IMG/VR virus record: IMGVR_UViG_2718218129_000002 | From: a virus | Taxonomy: Duplodnaviria > Heunggongvirae > Uroviricota > Caudoviricetes | Reading direction: 5' to 3' (one strand) | DNA: 52,782 nt | In this document: one piece after another, positions 23,296 to 32,754 of the stretch | Numbering within the stretch: the stretch's first letter is position 1 | How the letters are laid out: every line of letters starts with the position of its first letter | Notes under the pieces: model-generated | The model's database searches: none | The model's input: the letters and a program-made list of their open reading frames with translations, nothing else | Told to the model about the DNA's origin: nothing | Made by a program: the position numbers and the translations under genes

Positions 23296-24606
23296 TTAAA
23301 TCCGAAGTGATGTGACTCTTCCGGTCGGTTTGACAATAGGGAATTGCTTAACGATGAAATAACCTCCGGCATCATTCGGGTGATCATTGCCAGATTTTTT
23401 ATCAGGCTCCCCCTTATCATCCCAGACCTGTTGCTCCAGAGATTCGGCATATACCGGACAACGCTTCACATTAACTTTATAGCGACGCTCACCATTGGCA
23501 TTGCAGAACATTGCATTCATTGAGTTAACGCGATCTTTTACTGGCGGGTTCGAGCTGTTCACCACAACGTTAAAACCTGCCTGCTTAAGCTGGGCTATAT
23601 CCGTCGTACTTGCGTTACTTGATTTTCTGGAATCTCCGGAAGCATCTGGATAAATATAAATCTCCCTCACTTTCCGGTAATCATGCCCGTCATACAGCCA
23701 GAAGCGTTCTTTAATGAGGCGGATCATATCCGGCGTATCGTAGGCATTGATGATTTCAGTTACCGCACATGGAAGCCCCAAACGCAGCACATGGACGATT
23801 CCCGCCATCTTTCCAACGTTAAAATCCATCCCAATATAAATCGGCTCCCCTGGCTGCTCCACTTCTTCGCAATTATTCAGTTTCCGGTCAAACTGATGGT
23901 AAACAGTACCACTTGTCAGGTTAGTAAACTGTCCTCGAAGATAGGCTTTAATCAGCTCTGGAGGGTATGATTCAAGAAGCGAAGGAATGTAATCTGCTGG
24001 CAGGTTCTTTTCATTATCGAAAGTAGATGCCTGCACCAGACCATACAGTGAGGCCAGCTCTGTTTTTTCACGCACGGCTTTAACAAACTGCTCGTAGACA
24101 AATTTGAATCCTTCCGGCGTGGTTGTAACGTCAATACCGTTGCGAAGTCCATCAATCTTATAACGCATACGTGCAATTATCTTGCGCCACGCCGTTCTGG
24201 CTTTTTCCTTCGGCAAAATGTCCAGTTCATCCACCAACGCATTACCAATTTTGAAACCGACGATCGTTTGTGGCTTCTCCATCGATCTGCAGATAGTGGT
24301 TCCCCGATACTGGCGTCCGTAATAAAAGTGAACCTCTTTATTTCCCTCATTAATTTTTACGTTCAATCCCCAGTCAGCAGCAACTTCTTCCACTGTAGGG
24401 TAAAAAATATCGCGAATTTGGGGATACGTTGGCGCAAAATATCCCTGATTTATACCTGGATGCTCCCAAATCCCCTTGCATATGCCGCCACACCCAACCC
24501 ATGTTTTGCCCGAGCCAAAACCAGCAATATAGGCTTTAAATTTATGGGGCATTGAAAGAAATCGCGCCTGAGGCACATTAAGCGTCGGAGAGATCATCTT
24601 CATCAC
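23296..24606 (-). CDS. terminase large subunit
   Basis: 436 aa; Walker A GFGSGKT near the N-terminus; overlaps the TerS stop. Confidence 0.9.
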   Translation of the reverse strand: MMKMISPTLNVPQARFLSMPHKFKAYIAGFGSGKTWVGCGGICKGIWEHPGINQGYFAPTYPQIRDIFYPTVEEVAADWGLNVKINEGNKEVHFYYGRQYRGTTICRSMEKPQTIVGFKIGNALVDELDILPKEKARTAWRKIIARMRYKIDGLRNGIDVTTTPEGFKFVYEQFVKAVREKTELASLYGLVQASTFDNEKNLPADYIPSLLESYPPELIKAYLRGQFTNLTSGTVYHQFDRKLNNCEEVEQPGEPIYIGMDFNVGKMAGIVHVLRLGLPCAVTEIINAYDTPDMIRLIKERFWLYDGHDYRKVREIYIYPDASGDSRKSSNASTTDIAQLKQAGFNVVVNSSNPPVKDRVNSMNAMFCNANGERRYKVNVKRCPVYAESLEQQVWDDKGEPDKKSGNDHPNDAGGYFIVKQFPIVKPTGRVTSLRI

Positions 24607-25672
24607 TCCTTACTCTGGCATCAACCACATTAATATTGATCGCCACAGGCTGGGGATGTTCATTATCTTCCACCGTTTCGATCTCTTTGCGCAGCTTCTG
24701 GTTTTCCATTCTGCGCCGTTCAATTTCCAGTTCCTGTAGCCGTTTATCTGCACATAAAGCCCCGCCAGCAGAAAACAAACGCAACAATTCACGCCGGGCG
24801 GCAGCCTTATCCTCCAGCAGGATCTCAACGCCGAATTTTCCGAATTTTGCCCCTGCATATAATTGCCGCGCATCCCCATCAAGCAGAGTGGTATCAGCCA
24901 TATAAAGCTGTCCCGTTCCCTCACCGCAGCACTTCGGGCAGTCCGGATTGGGTATGGCGTTATCAACAAAGCCGAGGCCTCCATATTCCGGTTCGGGTTT
25001 GCCATCTCTGGAAGCCTGCGCCGCTGCCTTGTCGAATTCTGCTATATCGCGCCACTGGTAGAGATGATTCTCGCCCCAGCAATAACGGCAGTTAACACGG
25101 CGAAATTGTGCAAGCTGATTGGGGTCGGCTAGGACAATAGCCATCAACTGACTCACTAGTAAATCCAGGTCTGCGGTATAGCGTTTCTGGTACTGATTGC
25201 GGAAGTAGCTGATAGCGCGAAAAACCCTGGCATTTCTAAGCATACGACTGGCGTTGCTGTTAGCTGTCGCACCTTGCCCCTCATAACCGGCTAGTCGGTA
25301 CGCCTCTGTCGGCTTTTTACCCTGAGCAACAAGCATCGCAAACTTAGCCTGCTGGTCAGAAATGCCGAATTCATCGGGACAGAACGAAAATTCCTCCGCG
25401 TCGCCCTCATTCAGGCCCGCATCGAATACTGGCTTTTTTTCCTGAGATTTTTCGTTCCGCTTTTGTGCAGTCTGCGCAGATTTTTTCTGCGCACTTTTTT
25501 GCGCAGTTTTGCACATTTCTGTCTGCGCATTTTTCGGAGTTTTTTTGATGTAACGACGGGCTGTTGCGTAATTCAGTCCCCTTGCTTCACACCATGCCAC
25601 CGGAGATATACCGGAGCGGGTGTATTCAGCAATATACTCCTGCTGCAACGCCCCCCAGTCCGGTCTGCTCAT
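24578..25672 (-). CDS. terminase small subunit
   Basis: 364 aa; N-terminal HTH-like segment; directly upstream of TerL. Confidence 0.7.
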   Translation of the reverse strand: MSRPDWGALQQEYIAEYTRSGISPVAWCEARGLNYATARRYIKKTPKNAQTEMCKTAQKSAQKKSAQTAQKRNEKSQEKKPVFDAGLNEGDAEEFSFCPDEFGISDQQAKFAMLVAQGKKPTEAYRLAGYEGQGATANSNASRMLRNARVFRAISYFRNQYQKRYTADLDLLVSQLMAIVLADPNQLAQFRRVNCRYCWGENHLYQWRDIAEFDKAAAQASRDGKPEPEYGGLGFVDNAIPNPDCPKCCGEGTGQLYMADTTLLDGDARQLYAGAKFGKFGVEILLEDKAAARRELLRLFSAGGALCADKRLQELEIERRRMENQKLRKEIETVEDNEHPQPVAININVVDARVRSDEDDLSDA

Positions 25673-25675
25673 CAG

Positions 25676-25927
25676 TTAGTCCTGATTTTTATCCACCCTG
25701 AGTAGTTCGCGCAGAGCAAAGGCATCCCCTTTTCTGGCAAGCTTAAACAATGCCGCTCGTAACTCGGCTTCACCTTTCGCTCTGCCCTTACGGATGGCCG
25801 CATAAAAATCTGTCATTGCTTCCCGATTTTCTTTCAGTCGGTTCAGATCAACATCCAGAACGTCAGCGATTTGTTGTGCAGTCATCCGGCACGCTGCCAG
25901 AGACTCGACTTTCGAATACGGAATCAT
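25676..25927 (-). CDS. hypothetical small protein
   Basis: 83 aa ORF between the unknown enzyme and TerS; true start may be an internal Met. Confidence 0.4.
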   Translation of the reverse strand: MIPYSKVESLAACRMTAQQIADVLDVDLNRLKENREAMTDFYAAIRKGRAKGEAELRAALFKLARKGDAFALRELLRVDKNQD

Positions 25928-26816
25928 TTGTCACCCCCATTGATATGCAGGGTGTCTTCTTCCTGTATTTTTCGTGAAGGATTTTTACTGCAGCGTTGTT
26001 CCAGGTGACCTGATGGTGAATGCGTTTATGGCTGGCACCCATCAGTGAGATTTTTACGCACGACGGCGCATACATGACGGAGTAAAAACTTTTAACGTAG
26101 GTTCCGGAATCCAGATACAGCTCGGTCATTCCGCCGCTGTTTTTCTGCGTCTGTTTCTGCCCTAACTGGACAGCACCGATCGTCATAAACAATTCACCAC
26201 AGCGACCGAGATTCGTGTACGTATTCACATCCTCGTTAATGCGCCCCATGAATGAGAACGGTCGATCAACCGAACAGATAAAGCTGTTCATTGCCTTGCG
26301 TTTCACCCACGAAGCATGGCCGCCATTGTCACCAAGAAAATCCCCGCCCTGCGACATAGCGATGGAAAGAGCAGGTATTGATTCGTAGTACGCCAGCATT
26401 TCAGAAAGGATCGCATCCAGTTTCCTTATCGGAAAATAGGCCTGGTCATAGTTGCGATCCACCCGAAACTGGAACTCGTGATAATCATCATCGAGCTGAA
26501 TGAAGTATTTACACCCGACCAGTTTTGCCAGGTCGAAACAGGCATTACGGGCGTAAAAAATTGAGCGGCGGTCACAGAAATTATCGGCTTCGTCAAAACG
26601 ACTGGCGATATCGGCTTTGGAAAACACCAGCACCTGTTCACCAAATTCAGCCATGTACTGATTCCGTGTCTTATCTTCATCATCAACAACGATAAAAATT
26701 TTCCCGGTATAGCCAGCACGACGCAACGTCCGGTAAGTCAGAACTTTGTCCGGTCGCCCGTGAGTCAGAATAAAGGCGCAAAAATCATCACGCATATTCC
26801 TCCTCCTCACCACCAT
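25863..26816 (-). CDS. uncharacterised enzyme-like protein with acidic DxD-type motifs
   Basis: 317 aa; motifs VVDDEDK and QLDDDY; Rac ydaY is probably a remnant of this gene; function not resolved. Confidence 0.5.
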   Translation of the reverse strand: MVVRRRNMRDDFCAFILTHGRPDKVLTYRTLRRAGYTGKIFIVVDDEDKTRNQYMAEFGEQVLVFSKADIASRFDEADNFCDRRSIFYARNACFDLAKLVGCKYFIQLDDDYHEFQFRVDRNYDQAYFPIRKLDAILSEMLAYYESIPALSIAMSQGGDFLGDNGGHASWVKRKAMNSFICSVDRPFSFMGRINEDVNTYTNLGRCGELFMTIGAVQLGQKQTQKNSGGMTELYLDSGTYVKSFYSVMYAPSCVKISLMGASHKRIHHQVTWNNAAVKILHEKYRKKTPCISMGVTNDSVFESRVSGSVPDDCTTNR

Positions 26817-27579
26817 GCATGATCTCCACCATGCGCTGCGTCATCCGGACAAATCCATTTTCAATAGCCTGCTGATAATCAATGATCACCAGCGCCGACT
26901 CCTCGAAAAAACACTGAATTTCAGAGGGGGCGTGAGCGTAATAGTCCGCAATTCTGCTGAAATTAAACACCGTGTGACGTTCTGCCGCACACAGGAGGAA
27001 TTTCTCAATATCAGGCTCAAGGGACGCCGAACGTATCCGGCTGATCAGCTCCTGAGTTTTCGTATCGTCGTACAGTTCACTGATATCCGGTTTACCGCCC
27101 GACGGCTCATAAACAGGCGTATCAATTTTCGTCGTATACGGCTCCTCCTCATTTCCTGTACCGGGCAAAACATCCGTCAACAGTTCATCAATTTCTGTCG
27201 GGATGAAGCCTGTCAGGGAGACATCAAAATCAGCATTGATTAGGTCCGACAGCTCCATCCGCAACAGATCTTCATCCCAGCCAGCATTCATCGGCAGGCG
27301 ATTATCTGCCAGGCGGTACGCCTTTTTCTGCTCATCCGTCAGGCCAGACAGAACAATGACCGGAACAGAATCCATTTTGAGCATTTCAGCCGCCATAACA
27401 CGACCGTGACCCGCAATAATTTCGCCCTTTTCGTCAATCAGCACCGGATTAGTCCAGCCGAATTGCTTAATACTTTCTACCAGTTGTGCCACCTGCTCAG
27501 GGCTGTGCGTCCTGGCGTTGTGCGCATACGGTGACAATTCTTGTAATGGGCGATAGACTATCTTTAATTTCTCGCTCAT
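26788..27579 (-). CDS. ynaK: ParB-like nuclease domain protein
   Basis: 263 aa; N-terminal ParB/sulfiredoxin-like motif IIAGHGR; acidic C-terminus. Confidence 0.7.
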   Translation of the reverse strand: MSEKLKIVYRPLQELSPYAHNARTHSPEQVAQLVESIKQFGWTNPVLIDEKGEIIAGHGRVMAAEMLKMDSVPVIVLSGLTDEQKKAYRLADNRLPMNAGWDEDLLRMELSDLINADFDVSLTGFIPTEIDELLTDVLPGTGNEEEPYTTKIDTPVYEPSGGKPDISELYDDTKTQELISRIRSASLEPDIEKFLLCAAERHTVFNFSRIADYYAHAPSEIQCFFEESALVIIDYQQAIENGFVRMTQRMVEIMHGGEEEEYA

Positions 27580-27716
27580 ACAGCCTTGCTTTATGAATAA
27601 AACGCACCCCAGCAGCCAGTGCTACTGGGGACGGAGGGGTTGCTGGTAAAGTTAGGTATTGGATCAATGAGTGAGTCAACATAATATTAAACTCACAATT
27701 ATAAATCAGCCATATA

Positions 27717-29192
27717 TTAGGAGCGCCAAAAAAAACCTGAAAACAATATAATAACAGGATAAATTTCAAGGCGACCAAGAATCATAGCTATGCACATTAA
27801 ACATTTTGCAATGTCATTAAGCACTCCGAATGACGATGCAGTAGCCCCAAAACCTAATCCCATATTATTAATACATGCAGCCACTGTTGCAAATGATGTA
27901 AGAAAATCATATCCCATACCATTTAACACCAGTATAAAAAACACCGTGAAGAGAGTATAAAGAAAAAAGAAACTCCATACAGACCTCATTACACGATCTG
28001 TAACTATCTTCCCTCCTACATTTACACTCAACAACGCTCTGGGATGAGAAAGCTGATTTATCTCGTGTTTGCTTTGTTTGAAAAGTATAAGAAATCGAAG
28101 TGACTTAATTCCACCACAAGTTGAACCTATACATCCCCCAAAGAAACTTGACAACAGCAAAAACACTATCGTGTGCGTGGGCCAACTTGCATAATCCTGC
28201 GTAGCTAAACCATTATCAGTGAGCATGGAGCTGGCAAGAAAAAACGAATGAATAAAACTTCCATGCAAGTCATACATACCTATATGCCAGACCTGGAAAG
28301 AGGTAACAATGATCACCCCTAAGGCTATTAACAGAAAGAAACGAAGTTCAATATCTCTGATTAAAGGTTTTATCGTTTTCCTGCTAATAACAATATACCA
28401 AAGAGTGAAGTTGAAAGCCGATAGCAGGGAAAAAGAACCAGCCACCAGCTCAACCAAATAGTTATTAAAATATCCGATACTCTCGCTATGAGTTGAGAAA
28501 CCACCAAGCGAAACTGTGGAAATCCCGTGACAAATAGCATCAAACAAAGGCATTCCTGCAAGTCTATAACAGACAATACAAGCAATACCTAATAAAGAAT
28601 AAGTTATCCACAGTGTCCGTGACGTATCGGCCAGGCGGGGAGTGAGTTTGTCATCCTTAAATGGCCCCGGCATTTCTGACTGATAAAGCTTTGCACCACC
28701 AATACCCAATAATGGCAATACAGCAACCGCCAGAACAATAACTCCTAAACCACCTATAAAATTTAACTGTGACCGATAGTACAAATATGCCCGAGGTAAT
28801 GAACTAACATCATCAATTACAGTTGCTCCTGTTGTTGTTATTCCAGAAACCCCTTCAAACAGAGCATCAATGAACGTTAAATTAAGTTCTGAGTCAATCC
28901 ATAAAGGGAATGCACTAATAACAGAAAACAAAATCCAAAACATTACAATTATAATAAACCCATCACGGGTACGTAATTGAATGCCAGATTTCTTAGTTGT
29001 ATACCACGCTCCGCCACCAATGCAAAAAAATATAACGAAAGTTATAAAGAAAACGAACAGGCTTTTTTCTTTATAAAACAATGCTACAACCATTGGTGGC
29101 AACATTGAAAGACTATAGAGCCAAACCAGGAACCCACACATATGAGTAACAACTCTTACATGAGATGTATTCATATCTAAATATTCTTTCAA
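27717..29192 (-). CDS. trkG: TrkH/TrkG-family potassium uptake membrane protein
   Basis: 491 aa polytopic membrane protein; visibly AT-rich gene with AT-rich flanks. Confidence 0.9.
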   Translation of the reverse strand: MKEYLDMNTSHVRVVTHMCGFLVWLYSLSMLPPMVVALFYKEKSLFVFFITFVIFFCIGGGAWYTTKKSGIQLRTRDGFIIIVMFWILFSVISAFPLWIDSELNLTFIDALFEGVSGITTTGATVIDDVSSLPRAYLYYRSQLNFIGGLGVIVLAVAVLPLLGIGGAKLYQSEMPGPFKDDKLTPRLADTSRTLWITYSLLGIACIVCYRLAGMPLFDAICHGISTVSLGGFSTHSESIGYFNNYLVELVAGSFSLLSAFNFTLWYIVISRKTIKPLIRDIELRFFLLIALGVIIVTSFQVWHIGMYDLHGSFIHSFFLASSMLTDNGLATQDYASWPTHTIVFLLLSSFFGGCIGSTCGGIKSLRFLILFKQSKHEINQLSHPRALLSVNVGGKIVTDRVMRSVWSFFFLYTLFTVFFILVLNGMGYDFLTSFATVAACINNMGLGFGATASSFGVLNDIAKCLMCIAMILGRLEIYPVIILFSGFFWRS

Positions 29193-29311
29193 TTATAACC
29201 ACCTTGCTGCAATATTATGATTATACTGTATAAAATTTAACTCCTCTTAGATCTTACTTCACTGTTCCTTATGAAACAATCATCAAAATGAATCATATTG
29301 TAGTTAAGATT

Positions 29312-29788
29312 TTACTTTAAACACTGCTCGGTTATGTATTGCTGAGCACCTTCAAGTTGGGCCTGCATCATTACCAGTCGTTCCCGGAGGGTGAAATAAT
29401 CCCGTTCAGCGGTGTCTGCCAGTCGGGGGGAGGCTGCATTATCCACGCCGGAGGCGGTGGTGGCTTCACGCACTGACTGACAGACTGCTTTGATGTGCAA
29501 CCGACGACGACCAGCGGCAACATCATCACGCAGAACATCATTTTCAGCTTTCGCATCAGCTAACTCCTTCGTGTATTTTGCATCGAGCGCAGCAACATCA
29601 CGCTGACGCATCTGCATGTCAGTAATTGCCGCGTTCGCCAGCTTCAGTTCTCTGGCATTTTTGTCGCGCTGTTCTTTGTAGGCGATGGCGTTATCACGGT
29701 AATGATTAACACCCCATGACAGGCAGACGACGATGCAGATAACCAGAGCGGAGATAATCGCGGTTACTCTGTTCATTGCTGACCCCAC
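29312..29788 (-). CDS. Rz i-spanin
   Basis: 158 aa; N-terminal transmembrane segment, coiled-coil body; overlaps the endolysin 3' end. Confidence 0.8.
   Translation of the reverse strand: MGSAMNRVTAIISALVICIVVCLSWGVNHYRDNAIAYKEQRDKNARELKLANAAITDMQMRQRDVAALDAKYTKELADAKAENDVLRDDVAAGRRRLHIKAVCQSVREATTASGVDNAASPRLADTAERDYFTLRERLVMMQAQLEGAQQYITEQCLK
29371..29556 (-). CDS. Rz1 o-spanin lipoprotein embedded in Rz
   Basis: 61 aa in the +1 frame inside Rz; lipobox VVGC; proline-rich. Confidence 0.75.
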   Translation of the reverse strand: MRKLKMMFCVMMLPLVVVGCTSKQSVSQCVKPPPPPAWIMQPPPDWQTPLNGIISPSGNDW

Positions 29789-30270
29789 AAACAGATTTCA
29801 CGCTCAATCTCACGACGAGTCATGAGACCTTTCCATTGCTTACCGCCAGCATATGTCCAGCGACGTAGCTGATCACATGCGCCTTTGATATCGCCCTGGT
29901 TTATTTTGCGAAGAAGCGTCGATGTTCTGAAATTGCCAGCACCCACGTTGTAAACGAATGAGTAAAGAGCGCCGCGCGTTGTTTCCGGTATATCGACTTT
30001 GATGTACGAGTTAATTTGTCTGGCGACCGTGGCAAGGTCTTTATTCAGGAGGGCTTTGCATTCTGCTTTGGTATACGTTTTACCGAGCATGATGTCTTTT
30101 CCTGTATGCCCGTGACATACAGTCCATACACCAACAATATCTTTGTATGGTATGTAGCTGACACCTTCCAGACCATCGTTACCACTTGGGCCAGTGATTA
30201 ACACTGATGCTATAGCAATTGCTCCGCCACCAATAGCAGCAGCAACGACTTTTCGTAATGATGGAGGCAT
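29773..30270 (-). CDS. SAR endolysin (T4-lysozyme-like muramidase)
   Basis: 165 aa; N-terminal signal-anchor-release segment [18 protein letters not shown]; resembles phage 21 R. Confidence 0.85.
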   Translation of the reverse strand: MPPSLRKVVAAAIGGGAIAIASVLITGPSGNDGLEGVSYIPYKDIVGVWTVCHGHTGKDIMLGKTYTKAECKALLNKDLATVARQINSYIKVDIPETTRGALYSFVYNVGAGNFRTSTLLRKINQGDIKGACDQLRRWTYAGGKQWKGLMTRREIEREICLWGQQ

Positions 30271-30485
30271 TATTCACCTCTCGCAGCCTTGCGCTTATCT
30301 TCTTTAATCTTGAAATAAAGGTTTGTCAGGTACGTCAGCAGGCCAAATACCAGACTACCCAGCACACCGATTGCAGCCCACTGTGACGGAGTTACTCTAT
30401 CGAGCAACTGTAAAAACCAGTAGCCAGCACTGCCTGCGGAGGTGCCGTAGGCAATGCCTGTTGAAATTTTGTCCATGGATTTCAT
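30270..30485 (-). CDS. pinholin (phage 21 S-like) with dual-start motif
   Basis: From [26 protein letters not shown]...; matches S21 as recalled; stop overlaps the endolysin start. Confidence 0.8.
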   Translation of the reverse strand: MKSMDKISTGIAYGTSAGSAGYWFLQLLDRVTPSQWAAIGVLGSLVFGLLTYLTNLYFKIKEDKRKAARGE

Positions 30486-30583
30486 AGCCTCACCTCCGCA
30501 CGGAACGGATGGCATAGTTATTATGTGTAGGCTTTCAGACACATCAATCAGAGCCTTATTGATATATATGCTGGAGACGATGC

Positions 30584-30610
30584 AATATAAAAAGCTCGCC
30601 GTAGCGAGCT
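30584..30610 (-). terminator. rho-independent terminator candidate after the lipoprotein genes
   Basis: AGCTCGC-cgta-GCGAGCT hairpin followed by a U-run on the minus-strand transcript. Confidence 0.35.
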
Positions 30611-30735
30611 AATAAAATGTATTTCTCTGATATTATGTTTATTTGTATTAGCTCAGACTTGACATCACAGGTTTCGTATATAGAACATCATCAAATCTGT
30701 CAGTTTGCTATGAATGAGATATAGTAATTGAAGAG

Positions 30736-31131
30736 CTAACCTCGCATGTCAAAGCCAGATTTCTGAAAATCTCTGTAGACTTCCGGATTGTTGAAGGCCG
30801 GAAATTTGGCTTTATGAGCTGCGGACTTTATCGCTTCGCAATAGGCTTTATCACCGTTACTGGTAGATATTTTTAACGCCGTGCCATCCTGAGAGAATTC
30901 CATATGCAACCTGCATTTTTTCCCTTTCCAGTTATGCGGCTCATCAAGTTTGGCATTAATTGCAGCTCTGATTCCCCGCGCTTGCGCCCCCCATTCATCC
31001 TGATCATCCCAGCGTCCTGAACTGCAACTACCTGTAGCAGTAGTTTTGTGGCAATCTGAAGGGTGTAAAGGTGTGCATCCCGCAACAAAACCGACCCAAA
31101 AAGTCAACATAACGATTTTCTTTAATCCCAC
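30736..31131 (-). CDS. lipoprotein with TolA C-terminal-domain-like fold (paralogue 2)
   Basis: 131 aa; signal peptide with lipobox VAGC; C-terminus keeps the KxC...G...C...VY..FQ..G.D pattern of paralogue 1. Confidence 0.65.
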   Translation of the reverse strand: MGLKKIVMLTFWVGFVAGCTPLHPSDCHKTTATGSCSSGRWDDQDEWGAQARGIRAAINAKLDEPHNWKGKKCRLHMEFSQDGTALKISTSNGDKAYCEAIKSAAHKAKFPAFNNPEVYRDFQKSGFDMRG

Positions 31132-31281
31132 TTCTTGCTCCTCAATCCATTAAAATCTCAGCAATAGTAGTTGTTACGTCCGCCACTGGCTCAGAGCTGA
31201 CTATCCGCTAAATTTAGCTCAGTGCCGTAGCTGTGTCAGAACAAACCTAAGCCGAAACCGTTTATTACAAAACAATAAATA

Positions 31282-31710
31282 TCAGGGTTTAAAATCCAGC
31301 ACCCCATTTTGAAATACTTTATATACATCCGGCGAAGGGGGGGCAGGTATATCAGCATTCTTTATCGCATTCATCGCTTCACGACATAAATCGAGGTCTC
31401 CACTTTCTCTTTTAACCTCCAGTAGAAGGCCATTCGGGGCCATATGCATTCTCAGTGTACACTCTTTTCCTGAATACTTACTCGCATCCCCGAACTGTTT
31501 TTCGATGGCGCTCTTGATTTGATGGGCATACAGACGGATATCCTCACTAACATCAGAAGTACGTTCAGATGAACTCACATACTGTGTCTCTATTGCTTTA
31601 TCGGAGTAATATGATGTACGGTCATGATAATTTGTCGATACAGCATCAGTGCACCCGATAATAATCCCACTAATAATCAACGTAAGAATTGATGCGCTAC
31701 GAAAACCCAT
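31282..31710 (-). CDS. lipoprotein with TolA domain-III-like C-terminus (paralogue 1)
   Basis: 142 aa; lipobox IIGC; C-terminal about 85 aa closely resemble E. coli TolA domain III as recalled. Confidence 0.7.
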   Translation of the reverse strand: MGFRSASILTLIISGIIIGCTDAVSTNYHDRTSYYSDKAIETQYVSSSERTSDVSEDIRLYAHQIKSAIEKQFGDASKYSGKECTLRMHMAPNGLLLEVKRESGDLDLCREAMNAIKNADIPAPPSPDVYKVFQNGVLDFKP

Positions 31711-32647
31711 TTTTCCTCACATATGTCATATAGTAAAGGATTATATATACCGTTGTTTTGGACGCTCAAACAGCGAATCAGATCAAATAAAACGCACATT
31801 TGTTAACATTTACACAAAGTCTGCGTGGGATATTCTGAAAGAATATCCATAATGTGGAGAGAATCTATTGAAGTGCATGGTGCCGGGTGCCTCCCGGTGA
31901 ACAAAATGTTCGTGATACCTGTCGGCGACAGAAAAGGTTAATGGTATCACCCCACCGCACAGGGGGATTCACCATGCAGGAGTTTTCTTAGCAAACTCAC
32001 TGCGCGCCCGGCAACTCCCAACCACATAAAATGCGGAGTTTGTGGTATTTATGCATATAACTCGCAGGAATTATCTTAAAAAACTGATGTCGATCCGGAT
32101 TAAAAAGAAGCAGGTCATCATCAGATGACTGGAAAAAAGGAAAACAAAAAATACTCATCATACAGTTTTGATTGCAGGGATGAGCCTGCTATGCACAATA
32201 TGCAGAATATAAGCAAGATAAAAATATGCAGGCATATTATTTCGGATTTTGTTATTAACACAACCTTTTTAATAATCATTTGGCATACAATAAACCAGCC
32301 CAAAAAGAACCGCCTAAACAGGCGGTTGGTCAATACAAAGGATGCTTCGTCTTTATTATAGTAATCTGAGGCGTCGGGTGTCTTGTATCAGACAACATAT
32401 TGTCCCGCTAAACAGCGAATTACAAACCACCCTGCAATGATCTCTCATCTCATTTTATATGAGTTGACGACATCAGGATAACGCATCATCAGCCCCTGCC
32501 AAGAAATATCAAAACTCCCGCCAGCAATGTGTTATCACAATATTGTAAAAAAAACACAGCACCGAAACTATAACTGGTCTCTGTTATAATTTGGAGCAGA
32601 AAGACCAGTTGCCCAACTAGCAGCATTCTCCCCTGCTTTCCTGACGT

Positions 32648-32674
32648 AAAAAAACCGCATTAAGCGGTTTTTTT
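32648..32674. terminator. perfectly palindromic bidirectional terminator downstream of the Q-like gene
   Basis: AAAAAAACCGC-atta-GCGGTTTTTTT; reads as hairpin plus U-run on both strands; position fits a tR'-like late terminator. Confidence 0.5.
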
Positions 32675-32754
32675 ACGATGTCCATGTCTGCAATCCGCCT
32701 CGCGATACAGCTTTGCGAAGCATAGCAAAATTGAAGCAGTTTATACGTAAGAAA

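Noticed and set aside
31860-32640. Possible tRNA genes or small ORFs between the lipoprotein genes and the Q-like gene
   Set aside because: Lambdoid phages often carry tRNAs here, but I found no cloverleaf-like sequence with a conserved T-arm; the two 70-78 aa ORFs are overlapping, AT-rich and low-complexity.
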